From Macrostomum lignano (lineage: Eukaryota), in NCBI GenBank assembly GCA_002269645.1, contig NIVC01001599.1:18813-82812 (forward strand): a stretch of DNA of 64,000 bases, written 5' to 3'. Positions within the stretch are counted from its first letter, which is position 1; the number at the start of each line of letters is the position of its first letter. Below the pieces are notes generated by a model. That model worked only from the letters and a program-made list of their open reading frames with translations, had not been told where the DNA came from and did not search any database. Shown in pieces: positions 25,100 to 37,794 of this stretch. A program made the position numbers and the translations under genes.

Positions 25100-26700
25100 T
25101 GGGATTACGGTTTGGGATTAGGGATCAATGATTACGGTTTTGGAATCTATGATTACGATTTGGGATCTATGATTACGGTTTGGGATCTATGATTACGATT
25201 TGGGATCTATGATTACGGTTTTGGGATCTATGATTACGGTTTTGGAATCTATGATTACGGTTTGGGATCTATGATTATGGTTTTGGGATCTATGATTACG
25301 GTTTTGGGATCTATGATTACGGTTTGGGATTTATGATTACGGTTTTGGGATCTATGATTACGGTTTGGGATCTATGATTATGGTTTTGGGATCTATGATT
25401 ACGGTTTGGGATCTATGATTACGGTTTTGGGATCTATGATTACGGTTTGGGATCTATGATTACGATTTGGGATCTATGATTACGGTTTTGGGATCTATGA
25501 TTACGGTTTTGGAATCTATGATTACGGTTTGGGATCTATGATTATGGTTTTGGGATCTATGATTACGGTTTTGGGATCTATGATTACGGTTTGGAATTTA
25601 TGATTACGGTTTTGGAATCTATGATTACGGTTTGGGATCTATGATTATGGTTTTGGGATCTATGATTACGATTTGGGATCTATGATTACGGTTTTGGGAT
25701 CTATGATTACGGTTTTGGAATCTATGATTACGGTTTGGGATCTATGATTATGGTTTTGGGATCTATGATTACGGTTTTGGGATCTATGATTACGGTTTGG
25801 AATTTATGATTACGGTTTTGGGATCTATGATTACGGTTTGGGATCTATGATTATGGTTTTGGGATCTATGATTACGATTTGGGATCTATGATTACGGTTT
25901 TGGGATCTATGATTACGGTTTGGGATCTATGATTACGATTTGGATCTATGATTACGGTTTTGGATCTATGATTACGGTTTTGGAATCTATGATTACGGTT
26001 TGGGATCTATGATTATGGTTTTGGGATCTATGATTACGGTTTTGGGATCTATGATTACGGTTTGGAATTTATGATTACGGTTTTGGGATCTATGATTACG
26101 GTTTGGGATCTATGATTATGGTTTTGGGATCTATGATTACGATTTGGGATCTATGATTACGGTTTTGGGATCTATGATTACGGTTTGGGATCTATGATTA
26201 CGATTTGGGATCTATGATTACGGTTTTGGGATCTATGATTACGGTTTGGAATCTATGATTACGTTTGGGATCTATGATTATGGTTTTGGGATCTATGATT
26301 ACGGTTTTGGGATCCATGATTACGGTTTGGAATTTATGATTACGGTTTTGGGATCTATGATTACGGTTTGGGATCTATGATTATGGTTTTGGGATCTATG
26401 ATTACGGTTTTGGGATCTATGATTACGGTTTGGGATCTATGATTACGATTTGGAATCTATGATTATGGTTTTGGGATCTGGGATTACGATTTGGGATTAT
26501 GGTTTTGGAATCAGGGATTATGGTTTTGGGATCTGGGATTACAGTGTTGAGATTTTATATTACGGTTTTAGGATCTAAGATTGCGGCTTTGGATCTGGGA
26601 TTACAGTTTTGGGATCTGTGATTACGGTTTAGGGGTCTGGGATTACGGTTTTGGGGATTAAGATTGCGGTTTTGGTACATGGGATTATTTTGGGGATTTT
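25100..26700. repeat. 20/21-bp minisatellite (GGGATCTATGATTACGGTTT[T])
   Basis: Seen directly; degenerate at the right edge. Confidence 0.95.
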
Positions 26701-27106
26701 TGGTCCAGAACCCGAAGATACTAACCTAGATCAGCCTCTGAGCCTCTTTAAGTGTAAAAAATTAGTAAACACGTAAAGAAAACGACATGACAGAATGAAA
26801 ATTTGATAAGTTCAGGCGTAAAAGTAATAACTGCGGCTCGTTTTTGTAATAAAAATGCTTACAACTATTGCACAATAGATTAATATTATTACTATTTACA
26901 TGATAGCACCAACATGAAAAAAAAACAAATTACGTTAGAAAATAAAAATTCTATGCTCGAGAACATTATTGGGCAGCAACAATTTTAGCATTAAAAAGCT
27001 GCATGAATGGTTAGCAGACTACTCATAGTAGCAGCTGCAAAATATTAAATACAAAGTGATATATAATGCGGCTATGGGGTCAAACAGGCGACTTCCTAAT
27101 TTTCAA

Positions 27107-27375
27107 GGGGCGATTCGAAAGGGGCGGATTGGGGCGATTCTCATGGGGGTGGATTGGGGCGATTCTCAAGGGGGCAGATTGGGGCGATTCTCATAGGGGG
27201 CGGATTGGGGCGATTCTCATAGGGGGCGGATTGGGGCGATTCTCATAGGGGCGGATTGGGGCGATTCTCATAGGGGGCGGATTGGGGCGATTCTCATAGG
27301 GGGCGGATTGGAGCGATTCTCATAGGGGGCGGATTAAGGCGATTCTCATAGGGGCGGATGGGACGATTCTCAAGG
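27107..27375. repeat. 26-bp minisatellite (GGGGCGATTCTCATAGGGGGCGGATT)
   Basis: Seen directly, about 10 copies. Confidence 0.92.
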
Positions 27376-27419
27376 GTTTCAGAGGTTCCAGCTGACTCTC
27401 AGGGCGCCAGGCCGCAGTG

Positions 27420-29435
27420 TCAGTCGCACTCGTCGCCGAACGCAGCCAGGAACTGCACCAGGGTGTCGGCAGGCAGCGGCACCAGCGCAGAGTCGCCGGC
27501 CTGGCCGCGGCCGTCGAATTTCAGCCTGACGAGGCCGTGGTCGCGGAACTCGCGGAGGTGAGCCTGCAGAGTGAGCTCGGAGGTGACCAACATGCCGTCC
27601 CGGCAGGCCGTGTAAACCTCATCCAGCGGCCAGGGCTCACCGGGCCGCTCCAGCTGCCGCCTGGCCAGCATGACGAACAGCGACCTGGCGTTCTGCGTCA
27701 GCGAGGCCATGAGGTGCCGCAGGCTGGACAGCTGCAGCGCGACCGACACTTCGCCGCCGATGCCAACGGCGCCAGAACCGGCGCCGGCGGTTGTCGACTC
27801 GACGGCCCGGCCGGTGTAGGCGGCGCTGGCAGGCAATTCCTCGATATAGGGGCGCAGCGGCTTGGGCAACTGGCACCACAGGCAGGCCATGCTGGTGAGC
27901 TGGCCGCGGTCCCACAGCAACTGGCACAGCCGGTGATCCAGACTGGCGATCATTCGGACAGTCGGTGATGAGACCAGCGCCGTGATGGCCTCCGCGGCTT
28001 TGTCCGTGCGCAGCTGCGGCCCGTCAAGGCTGTGGAACTGAGGGCGGCGTATTGGGACTGGACTATGGGGATCTGAGAGATTTGGGAATCCAGTATGGGG
28101 ATCTGGGAGATTTGGGAATTCAGTATGGGGATCTGAGAGATTTGGGAAGACAGAATGGGATCTAGGAGATTTGGGAATGCAGTATGGGATCTGAGAGGTT
28201 TGGGAATTCAGTATGGGGATCTGAGAGATTTGGGAATGCAGTATGGGGATCTGGGAGATTCGGGAATTCAGTATGGGGATCTGAGAGATTTGGGAATGCA
28301 GTATGGGGATCTGGGAGATTCGGGAATTCAGTATGGGGATCTGAGAGATTTGGGAATGCAGTATGGGGATCTGAGAGATTTGGGAATTCAGTATGGGGAT
28401 CTGAGAGATTTGGGAATGCAGTATGGGGATCTGGGAGATTCGGGAATTCAGTATGGGGATCTGAGAGATTTGGGAATGCAGTATGGGGATCTGGGAGATT
28501 CGGGAATTCAGTATGGGGATCTGAGAGATTTGGGAATGCAGTATGGGGATCTGAGAGATTTGGGAATTCAGTATGGGGATCTGAGAGATTTGGGAATTCA
28601 GTATGGGGATCTGAGAGATTTGGGAATGCAGTATGGGGATCTGAGAGATTTGGGAATTCAGTATGGGATCTGGGAGATTTGGGAATGCAGTATGGGGATC
28701 TGAGAGATTTGGGAATTCAGTATGGGGATCTGGGAGATTTGGGAATCCAGTATAGGGATCTAGATTAAAGACCCGAGATCATGAGGGGTTGGTAGGTTGG
28801 GATTAAGCCTGAGGGTTCAAGTTTGTGAGGTTGACAGAGCTGAGGTCAACCAGTCTCACCACAATGTACAGAGTGAGGCCGACAGTCTCCAGAGTAGAAG
28901 CAATCAGCCTGGCCATGTCAGGCAGCGACTTGGCAGAGCTGGGCGTCACCTCGCCGATCAGTTCCTCAACAAGCGCCGTCAGGATGGCCTTGGGACCGGC
29001 CTCGGGATGGAAGCCGTCAATCTCGGCGCAGAGCTGATCGCCGAGGCAGGCAGACTTGAACTGGCGCAGCAGGTGCCGCTTGGACCCCAGGCCATACACT
29101 AGCAGGCTGAATCCGCCCACGCGAAGGCGGCGCGACCAGTCAGCAAAGTAGATCCGGGCGCACTCGGCCTCGGCTGCGGTTGGCGAGCTGGCCGCAGCTT
29201 CGGTGGCTTCGATGTACTCTTCGGCCAGGCGCAGCGAAGTCTCCTCGTCCGGCCGGTTGGCCAGGGAGGCGAGCGTGGCTGGGCGGGATCTACTTGCCGA
29301 TTTATTCTTGTTATTCTTGTACTTTTTATTATTATAATTCGACTTTAACCTGGGCGCCGATGCGGCATTGAAATATCGATCAGTTTCTTCGGCAGCTTGG
29401 CGAATTGCATCATCTCGGTTGGCTTCTAGGGGCAT
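27420..29435 (-). CDS. ORC2: Origin recognition complex subunit 2, 397 aa; exons 29435-28860 and 28037-27420
   Basis: GFSLLVYGLGSKRHLL, IDGFHP, FHSLDG..LR, IASLDH..LLWD, LSSLRHLMASLTQNAR, LVTSELTLQAHLREFRDHGLV; phase-0 GT-AG intron. Confidence 0.93.
28055..28765. repeat. 30-bp minisatellite filling the ORC2 intron
   Basis: Unit CAGTATGGGGATCTGAGAGATTTGGGAAT(T/G). Confidence 0.95.
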
Positions 29436-30302
29436 TTTGATTGGCTGCGGGTGTATGGTTAGGTTGGAGCTGTGTAGCATTGGGGAGATAACTTACGAGT
29501 ATAAGGCTCAAACAGAACTCAGAACTATAATAGGCCTCTATTTTAATTTTACAGGTTATAAATTTCTATGCTGCAGGACTCTTAGTACTACTACGAGTAT
29601 AATTTTTACTATTTTTAGTACAACTACGTAGTATACTGTGAATAGTATTACTATTATTATTAGTATCCCTAAGCTGCATCACTTAACTCCTATCTTTTAT
29701 TATGGTATATCTTGTATATGTGGATTTTATTCTTAAAATATATGCTTCTCTCTCTATTTAATTGTTAATATATTCTTTTAGCATACATGCACAACACCTG
29801 GCTAAGCTGGCCTAGATAAGTGGATAGCCAAGACAGATATGTTGCAAAACTGATTAACTAAAAACAAAAATGGTACAGATAGTACATAGGACAAAAAGAA
29901 TAAATGGGATTAATATATAAAGTGAGAAAAAACATGGAAAATGAAAAATGGGTCTAAAAACTATCATTCCAATGGTACAATGATGACAATTTTCTATATC
30001 TATAGATTAAGATAAGATACTCCCGATTTGGCTTATCTAATATATTTCTAAGCTTTATAACTTTGTATATTAATATTATATATAATAATATATATACATA
30101 TATAAATGTAGATTATTATGTATTCAATGTTTTGTTTTTTGAATTATTAAAAAAATACTCATATATTGATTTTAAGTTCGCCCTGGCTTATATGATCATA
30201 TAAAAAAAGCTTATTTATTGTAACAGGTAGTATTCTGTGTCTTGTCGATAACAAAGAATTGAACTTGAAGCACAGCATTCCTGGACCAAGGCTACTGCTG
30301 TC

Positions 30303-30569
30303 CCCTATTGCAGCCAATGGCCATTTTCGTGGACGGCGTCCGGCGCGGATTGGACTGGTGGCGGCGTGGCGCGCGGCGGCGGCGCGGCGCGTGGCGGCGG
30401 CGCGCGGTGGCGTGGTGTGTGGCGGCGGCGCGCAGCGCGCGGCGAGCCATTGACTGACTAATTGAACCAAATCACTGATCCTGGGGACTGGCCCTGGCGC
30501 AGTACGGGTAGATGTCTGGCGCGGGAAAGGGGGGCGTCCGGCGCGGTTCAGACCTTGGCTGCAATAGGG
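30303..30569. mobile_element. 267-bp GC-rich MITE with perfect 15-bp TIR and 8-bp TSD
   Basis: TIR CCCTATTGCAGCCAA (30303-30317 and 30555-30569); TSD CTGCTGTC (30295-30302 and 30570-30577). Confidence 0.88.
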
Positions 30570-31399
30570 CTGCTGTCTATAGCCCAACTAAGGCAATGGC
30601 CATGCCTTTGGGCCAATAGATGTAGGCAGGAGAAAAGTGAAGCAAGGGCCTCCACTGTCTCTCCTTTTTATTTAAAACACTGAAGAACAGGCACATAGGA
30701 ATGAAAATTCTTATAAGCTACACAAAACAAATGCAAATTATACATCAAGTTTTAGGTGCAGCCATCCTTTGCAAATATGACTATATTTTATGCAGCTTAT
30801 TTTTATGACTCATGAATTTAAATTTGCAAATAAAAGATTTGATAGAAAATAAATAATTAGTTTATCTTTACAAGTATAAACTACAGCCCTCATTGACTAC
30901 ATAGCTGCAATGATTACATTTATATTTTGCAAATGAGTCACAGACAATTAGCAATAGATAAAATAACTATCAACCCTTGTATGCAATAGCATTTATTAAT
31001 TGAGTCTACAATGGTTTATGTTATTGATGATAACAAACTGATCAAACTCCAAAGTATATAAATTGGCTAGATAACAAAGTATCTTATCTTTAAAATAGAT
31101 AATAAATATAGGCCTAACTTATAAGATGACAAAGTTGCAAATATAAGAATAAGATAATACTTGTGTCTAGAAACTATTATAGCCTACTCATTGGCCTAGG
31201 CCTATTATTACTAACTTATTTACTAACAAAAGTAAATGCTAGTAATTTATTTTTAATTTACCATTTTTTCATTTTATTTAGTTTAAATTAAGTTAATTTA
31301 ATTTACTTTTGTTGTTTTGTACCAAAATGTATAAATGTTAGGCCCTAGTTGCATATGATTATATAATCAAACCAGCTAATGAAGGCCACAATACAAGGA

Positions 31400-31590
31400 T
31401 TAGGCCTAGCCAAGGTGTTGGACTTATAATTTAAAAGGTTCTAAGTCTAAAAAATTATATTCTTGAGCAAGAGTAGACCTAAGACATTTAACTCTACATT
31501 GCTTTAGTTCACCCAGCTATAAAATGGGTGCTTTGCTTTGTCTGCTTTAGTTTACTAGTATTAGCTAGAATAATTGAATGTAGGCCTATA
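31400..31590 (+). mobile_element. Decayed copy of the CORE-type SINE at 37451
   Basis: 31481-31531 aligns 47/51 with 37539-37589. Confidence 0.75.
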
Positions 31591-31701
31591 TTTGGTTCTT
31601 GGCTATCTTCAATTATACCACACAATAGCTATGCCTATGGCTAAGCTGTCAATTGCATAGGCCTATGCTATACTGCATCTACCTATTGCCATTGGCTATC
31701 A

Positions 31702-32154
31702 GGCCAGCCATAGTTAGGAAGGTGGCACAGTGTGCGCCGGAACTATTTTGATGGCTTTTGAGCACTGTGCGCCGTGAAGAAGAAAAGTTTTTATGTGCCG
31801 CAGCGTGCCATGATAAGGTAAGTCTAAGGTAAGGTACGGTAAATTTGAATTTACGGTAGACAAATTTGAATTTCATTAACGTATTTTATATCGTGATTTA
31901 CGTAATTTTAGTATTCTTTGATAGTATAACATCTTATTTTACGAATTATGGAATTAGGCCTGACACTATATATTTTGCAAAGTATAACGAAGTGTAGGCC
32001 TAACTATATATTTTTTTAGCGCCATGCGCCATGTGCGCCGCTAGAGCATTTTCAATTTTTCCTTGTATGCCGTGTGCACCGTGTGTGCCAAAAAAGGGCC
32101 AATTTGCACCAGAAAATTCACCAAAAACTGCCACCTTCCCAGCTATGGCAGGCC
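31702..32154. mobile_element. MITE-like element with 26-bp TIR
   Basis: GGCCAGCCATAGTTAGGAAGGTGGCA versus the inverse of TGCCACCTTCCCAGCTATGGCAGGCC (3 mismatches); subterminal GTGCGCCG repeats; no TSD found. Confidence 0.7.
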
Positions 32155-33066
32155 AGAGCACTTGTAATCAACAAAAACAATTACTTACTAAATAGTAGCC
32201 TAATCCTAGGCTCTATTCCATAGCCCAATGCAGATTCGGATCTAGAATTTGATTTTGGGAAGCCAACCTAAGGAAAAAAACCTAAGATTAAGAATAATTA
32301 CCTAAGCTAAGGTAAACCAAACTTAGCCAAGCCAACTAGTCTTTACTAGCCTAGGCCTACCTCTTCTCTTACAAATCAGCAGACCCACCAAAGTATTGTC
32401 ATTTCATAGTCATAGATAGGTCATAGATCCAATATATTCCAATAATCATTGAAACAAAGCAATAGATATTTCGATTTTTAGTAAAAAAGGCCTATGGAAT
32501 GGAATTAATAAATAAATTAAATATTTTGACCATAAGAGATGCCTGGGAAGGTGTCATGGCCCCATGGCCATAACCCCTCTCTTATATCCGCCACTGCCAT
32601 TGGCCACATATATACGTAAGGGGTAGGCCTAGGGCTAGGCGTGGCGTGGCTTGGCGTAGCTTTCTTTATATGACAAAAAATTACAAAAAATAAATACAGC
32701 TTTGCTGTCAAACAACCACCATAAATATAATCTGACAATGTTAGCTTTCGGCTAATAAACTAATTAAAGCACGCATAAAAATTGTAAATGACTTATTATT
32801 TTCTTTTAATTTTTTATGCAGTAATTAAAAAGGTTACACAATTAAAGTACTTTGTTGAAACCATTTACGCCGTTTTAAAGTCTTTTTTTCTTTGAAACTC
32901 GGAAACCAAACTTTTGAAACTGTTTGAAACTTCTTAGAAAAAATATTTGTGCATTTTTTATTCAAATAAGCTTTGATAGGTAGTAGTGCGTTGGTTTGGT
33001 CTTAATTATGTCTTGCAAGTTGCTAATTAGAGTATTTTTCCTATTTTACATCTTAAGATGTAAAAA

Positions 33067-33189
33067 TGACAAATTTGGTGTAATACTTTTGATTCATGCA
33101 AATGAGATTTCCTCGCGAGATTTCGCGAGAATCTGTGTGTAACTAAGATCTCATTTGCATGAATCAAAAGTATTACACCAAATTTGTCA
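33067..33189. repeat. Perfect 42-bp inverted repeat with 39-nt spacer
   Basis: 33067-33108 is the exact reverse complement of 33148-33189. Confidence 0.93.
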
Positions 33190-35560
33190 ATAGACCTTGG
33201 CTAAAGTTAAAATTGGAGAAAATTAAATCCACCAACAGTTAAAACAAGCTGAGCAAATTCTTTAACAACAAGATAGACTTCTAAAGTTGTTCCTTAATGC
33301 AATGACATAAATTTCTATAATTCAATGAGCAAAATATTGCCAAGGACAAGGACTTCAACATGACCATTGGCTTCATAAATATATATTCTAAATGCTATTA
33401 AAAGTGTGTAAATGTGTACAACTCAAAATCTAGGCCTAATAATTTAGGCAATCAATGCTATGTACATAATTCTACATTGTATTGTTTACTCAGTAACAGT
33501 CAAAAGTTCCACATGTACAAATCAGGCGTAGTTAGAGAGAAAATTTCTCATTTAAAATGCACAGTAAAAAGTGAATAAAAATATTCTTGCTTGGTTGGTG
33601 GGTGTAACTTTTGACTGTTGTTTGGTATATATAGTTAGCTATTTAAATACAAGTATATCAAGAGTCTATTGGGGTAGGCCTATAATGGTTTATGTACTGC
33701 ATAGTGCATTGCATATGCTTTATTACACTTTATTGCATCTTTTGCTTGAGTAAAGCAGTTCACTTTAATTCAAATTTAATCCTAAGGCTAAGTGTTGTTT
33801 ATTTCCTTTCCTTAACCATTAGTAAGGTTTTGTTTGAGTCTATAGGCCCCCTATGGCCTACCCTAGTCTAGATCATATTAGATCTAGATGCATACGTAGG
33901 CCCTAAAACCAAAATGGAATAGGCCTAGTTATAAATGCATATCAAAAAATTAAAGTGCATACCCTACCCATACTTTTGAATCTAGGCTGATATTGCAACA
34001 ATAAATGATCCTTTTTGGCTAATTATTTGGTTGTTTATTTATTTACGATTTATAAATATTTATTTATAGCAACAAATGAATATACATAAACATTTGTTTA
34101 AATACCTTATTGTGAACTAAAAAACTAGAAAGCTTGAAATTTATGCTTAAAAATAATCTTTTCAATCATTTTTATTTAATTCTTTTGTGTGATTTTTTAA
34201 AATACATACCAAGTATATATAAGCCCTACACTATTTTCTTTAGAAGTCATATATGCCAACTATGTAGGCCTAACTTTTGGCATGCAAGGCCAATACATAC
34301 CTATATTTTTGGATTCATATTAGCCTATATGATCTAGAATATGGATTTGAAGAATGACTTCAGATTTCAAAATTCATACAAAAATAGTTCTAAGGATTTT
34401 TTGGAATTCAATGAGTTTTAAATCTGTGGGTTTTAATAGCTCATTCTTAACAGGCCCCTAAAAATGTCAATTTTTAGCTTTTTATATAGAATATTAGTAG
34501 ACACAATAGCTATCTAAAATATTAGAGTTTTAATTTAAGGACTGAGTGGTGCAAACTCAAGTTTAATTGATTCTAAATGTTTTTTTAAGTTATACTAATT
34601 ATTTTAATTAAAGTAATAGCCTTTTACTTAGCCCAACAAAACTTAAACTTAACCCTAAAATTTATCAAGCTATGAAATAGTCTGATAGGTCTAGTGTAGC
34701 AATGTATATATAATTAAAAATGCAAAATCAGGGGCCAAAAGGCATCTGATTTTAAAATTATAAGAAAGATCTAGTTTATTTATAGCATAAATACATAGTT
34801 TAAGCAATATAATGCATGATTTTTGTATCTATCCTTAAAAGGCCATATCAAAGTTAAAACAAAAATAAAAAAGCAAATTATCTAGTTTTTTTTCTGTTTT
34901 GTCTTTTTTAAACCAGATGTCTTGAATATTAATTTAATATTTAATGTTTGCATAATGGTAGAACTAGAGGAGATAGGAAAAGGCAGTCGCCCCCTTCATT
35001 AGGCAAAGACCAGAAAAAATAAAGGTGGGGACTAAGCAAATTTTTGCTATAATCAAGAGCCACCCCTTCTTTCCCCATTAGAGCTTTAGGCTCTCAAATT
35101 GGCCTTTCCTCAAAAAAATTGCTTGCACTACTGTGCTTTCATTTCTATTTTTGTATTATAAAATGAGGTTAGGTATAGAGATAGGACAAATATTTAGAAT
35201 TGAATCAAATTGACCAAATATTCAGTTCAATTTGGAATAGAAAAGTTGACAATCCAAATACCAAATTTTAGATTTTATGTGTGACAAAGATTTGGAACAA
35301 GTCAAAAGTTGAGTATTAGTGTTGTGGCTTATAAATGAAATGAAGGGATTAGTGATAAAAAGGAGTTAGGGAATTAAGGACTAAGAAGTTTGCATTTTAA
35401 GAGATGAGAGTGTTTAGGGTTGTAAGCTTATGGCTCATAAAAAGTCTATCATCAGCAATATATTTTCAAGTTGCTATTATTTGGCTCAGCATTAATTCTG
35501 AGATGCTAGGTACCTAAATTTCAGTCTAGTCCAATTTCCCACTGCAGCCAATTTTGCATC

Positions 35561-36270
35561 ATGGGTGGCCAGTCCTCCAAGCCGCAGCAGAGGGTGCTGA
35601 TTGCTGTTGACGGCTCCAGCCACAGCCAGAACGCATTCGACTGGTACCGCACCAACCTGGCCACGCCAGGGGAGGATGTGATTCTCTTCCACACTGGCAG
35701 CCTGCCCAACTATCTGATGGCGCCCACTGGCATATCGGCATCCAATAGCGATGTTCAACGTGCCAACGAGAGCTTGAGAAAGCGGGTGGCCCAGCTGGAG
35801 GAGAGCATGATGGAGCAGTGCAAGCGGCACAGCATGCAGTGCAGGTGGAAAAACTGATGGGCAGGCGTTGAGGCAGACAGACATGTAGACACTAAGATGG
35901 ACAGATAGAGATAGACAAACCGTAAGACAGACAGACAGAAAGACACTAAGACAGGCAGGCAGACAACCTTAGACAGATAGGTTGGCAGACACTAAGACAG
36001 ACAGACACTAGGGCAGGGCAGGCTAACAGACAGTAAGACAGACAGACCCTAGGGCAGGGCAGGCTAACAGACAGTAAGACAGACAGACACTAGGGCAGGG
36101 CAGGCTAACAGACAGTAAGACAGACAGACACTAGGGCAGGCAGACACTGGGGCAGACACTAGGGCAGGCAGACACTGGGGCAGACACTAGGGCAGACAGA
36201 CAGACACTCAGACACTAGGATAGGTTGACAAACAGACAGACAGACAGACACTCAGACACTAGGATAGGTT

Positions 36271-36303
<33 letters not shown>

Positions 36304-36829
36304 GCTGGCAGACAGACACTAAGACAGGCTGGCAGGCAGACAGACACTCAGACACTACGATAGGTTGACAAACAGACAGACAGACACTAGGGCAGGTTGA
36401 CAGACAGACAGACAGGCTGGCAGACAGACACTAGGGCAGGCTAACAGACACTAAGACAGACAGACAGACACTAGGGCAGGCTGACAGACAAACACTAGAG
36501 CAGACATGCAGAAATAGTTACAGTCTCCAACTCTACAATATGTGCCCCACAGCGGCGCAGAGTGGCGCATTTATCGAGTAAGCCAATGAACTCAGTTGTG
36601 GGTGCGCGCGCACTGACTCTCGGCCGCCCGCAGGTGGAAGTACGCCGACTCGCTGAGCCCCGGCCCGGCCGTGGTGGACGCCTCAGCCGAGGAGAAGGCC
36701 GACCTGGTTGTCATGGGAACGCGCGGCCTCGGCACTATTCGCCGCACAATCCTGGGCTCAGTTAGCGAGTTTGTCATCTCGCACAGCCGCAGGCCCGTGG
36801 TTGTGGTGCCCCCGCCGCCTCAGCAGTAA
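35561..36829 (+). CDS. Universal stress protein (USP domain), copy 1, 159 aa; exons 35561-35844 and 36634-36829
   Basis: VLIAVDGSSHS..AFDWY; ADLVVMGTRGLGTIRRTILGSVS..SRRPVVVVP (G-2x-G-9x-GS motif); phase-2 GT-AG intron. Confidence 0.92.
35870..36510. repeat. CAGA-rich compound repeat in USP copy 1 intron
   Basis: Seen directly. Confidence 0.9.
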
Positions 36830-36849
36830 CTGCGATGACTGCAAATGCT

Positions 36850-37080
36850 ATGATAACTATATGGGCCGCTCAGGTAGCATAGCAGCTTATCTTACTGTCA
36901 GTTCAGTAGCAAGGAAGGATATGTAAGCTATTTTTTAAAAGAAAATGCCAGTTGGGTTTGTAGCCAGTGCAAATAAACGAGTTCTTTTGTCTTAAAAATG
37001 ATTAAATGTTTCTATTCAACGTTCTACTGAAAGTAGCTTGCACGCAAATGTGCCGAGTGGCCTATCTAGTTAAGTTATTA
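36850..37080. mobile_element. MITE-like element just 3' of the USP copy 1 stop (same family as 17820-18280)
   Basis: Degenerate inverted ends TAACTATATGGGCCGCTCAG.. / ..CCGAGTGGCCTATCTAGTTA. Confidence 0.55.
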
Positions 37081-37450
37081 CAGTATCCATGAATTGTTTG
37101 CATTGTTGCAAATTGTTCTGTAGACTTGTTATTTAGTGTTTTTAATAGCAAAAATCTCTTAATACCCACATAGCTAATTAATTTAATCGTGATCCAACAA
37201 ATTCTCTGTTTCAGCAAGTTTTTTTTACTGCAAATTCGGTTTTATCATCAGCCTATTGCTCTCTATCAGATCTATTCTCACTATCTTCTGCAGGCGTGCG
37301 GCACTGGGTCGATTGATACTTTTGCTTTATCAAGATTATTTGCCCAAGTAAATACATTTCCTATTACGCCTGGTGATTATCGAAATTACCTTTAGCTCCC
37401 AGGCAAAGTCTGAAAATATTCTCTGTTTTTGCGAGTTTCTTTTAATTATA

Positions 37451-37745
37451 GGGCTGTAGCCTAGTGCTTAGAGTAGAGCGTCGGACTCAACTTGAAGGCC
37501 AGGGGTTCGATTCCCGATGCCACTTAAGCACTTTGAGCAAGACACTTAACTCTGCATTGCTTCAGTTCACCCAGCTGTAAAATGGGTGCCAGCATTAGCT
37601 GGGGAAATTGAGGGTGTGTATGACGACCCCCCAGTCCTTGGACTGAACAGCCGTACGTAGCCTTCAGATGCGCCGCGCAATAGCTGCGGCTGAGCTGTCG
37701 GTTGCACATCTGGTCATTAGTGCAGGTGTAATCAATTATTATTTA
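37451..37745 (+). mobile_element. tRNA-derived CORE-type SINE
   Basis: A-box-like TAGCCTAGTG, B box GGTTCGATTCC (37504-37514), MIR/CORE-like TTGAGCAAGACACTTAAC..CTTCAGTTCACCCAGCTGTAAAATGGG, AT-rich tail; absent from duplicate copy 2. Confidence 0.8.
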
Positions 37746-37794
37746 TTTTAATTCTGATTATGATACTTTTTCTGGGAATGTTAACTTGCTTTCC

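Noticed and set aside
32540-32600. CAGTGGCGGAT-type transposon end (minus strand) and a similar decayed stretch near 34960-35130
   Set aside because: No partner terminus or TSD found, so boundaries cannot be supported
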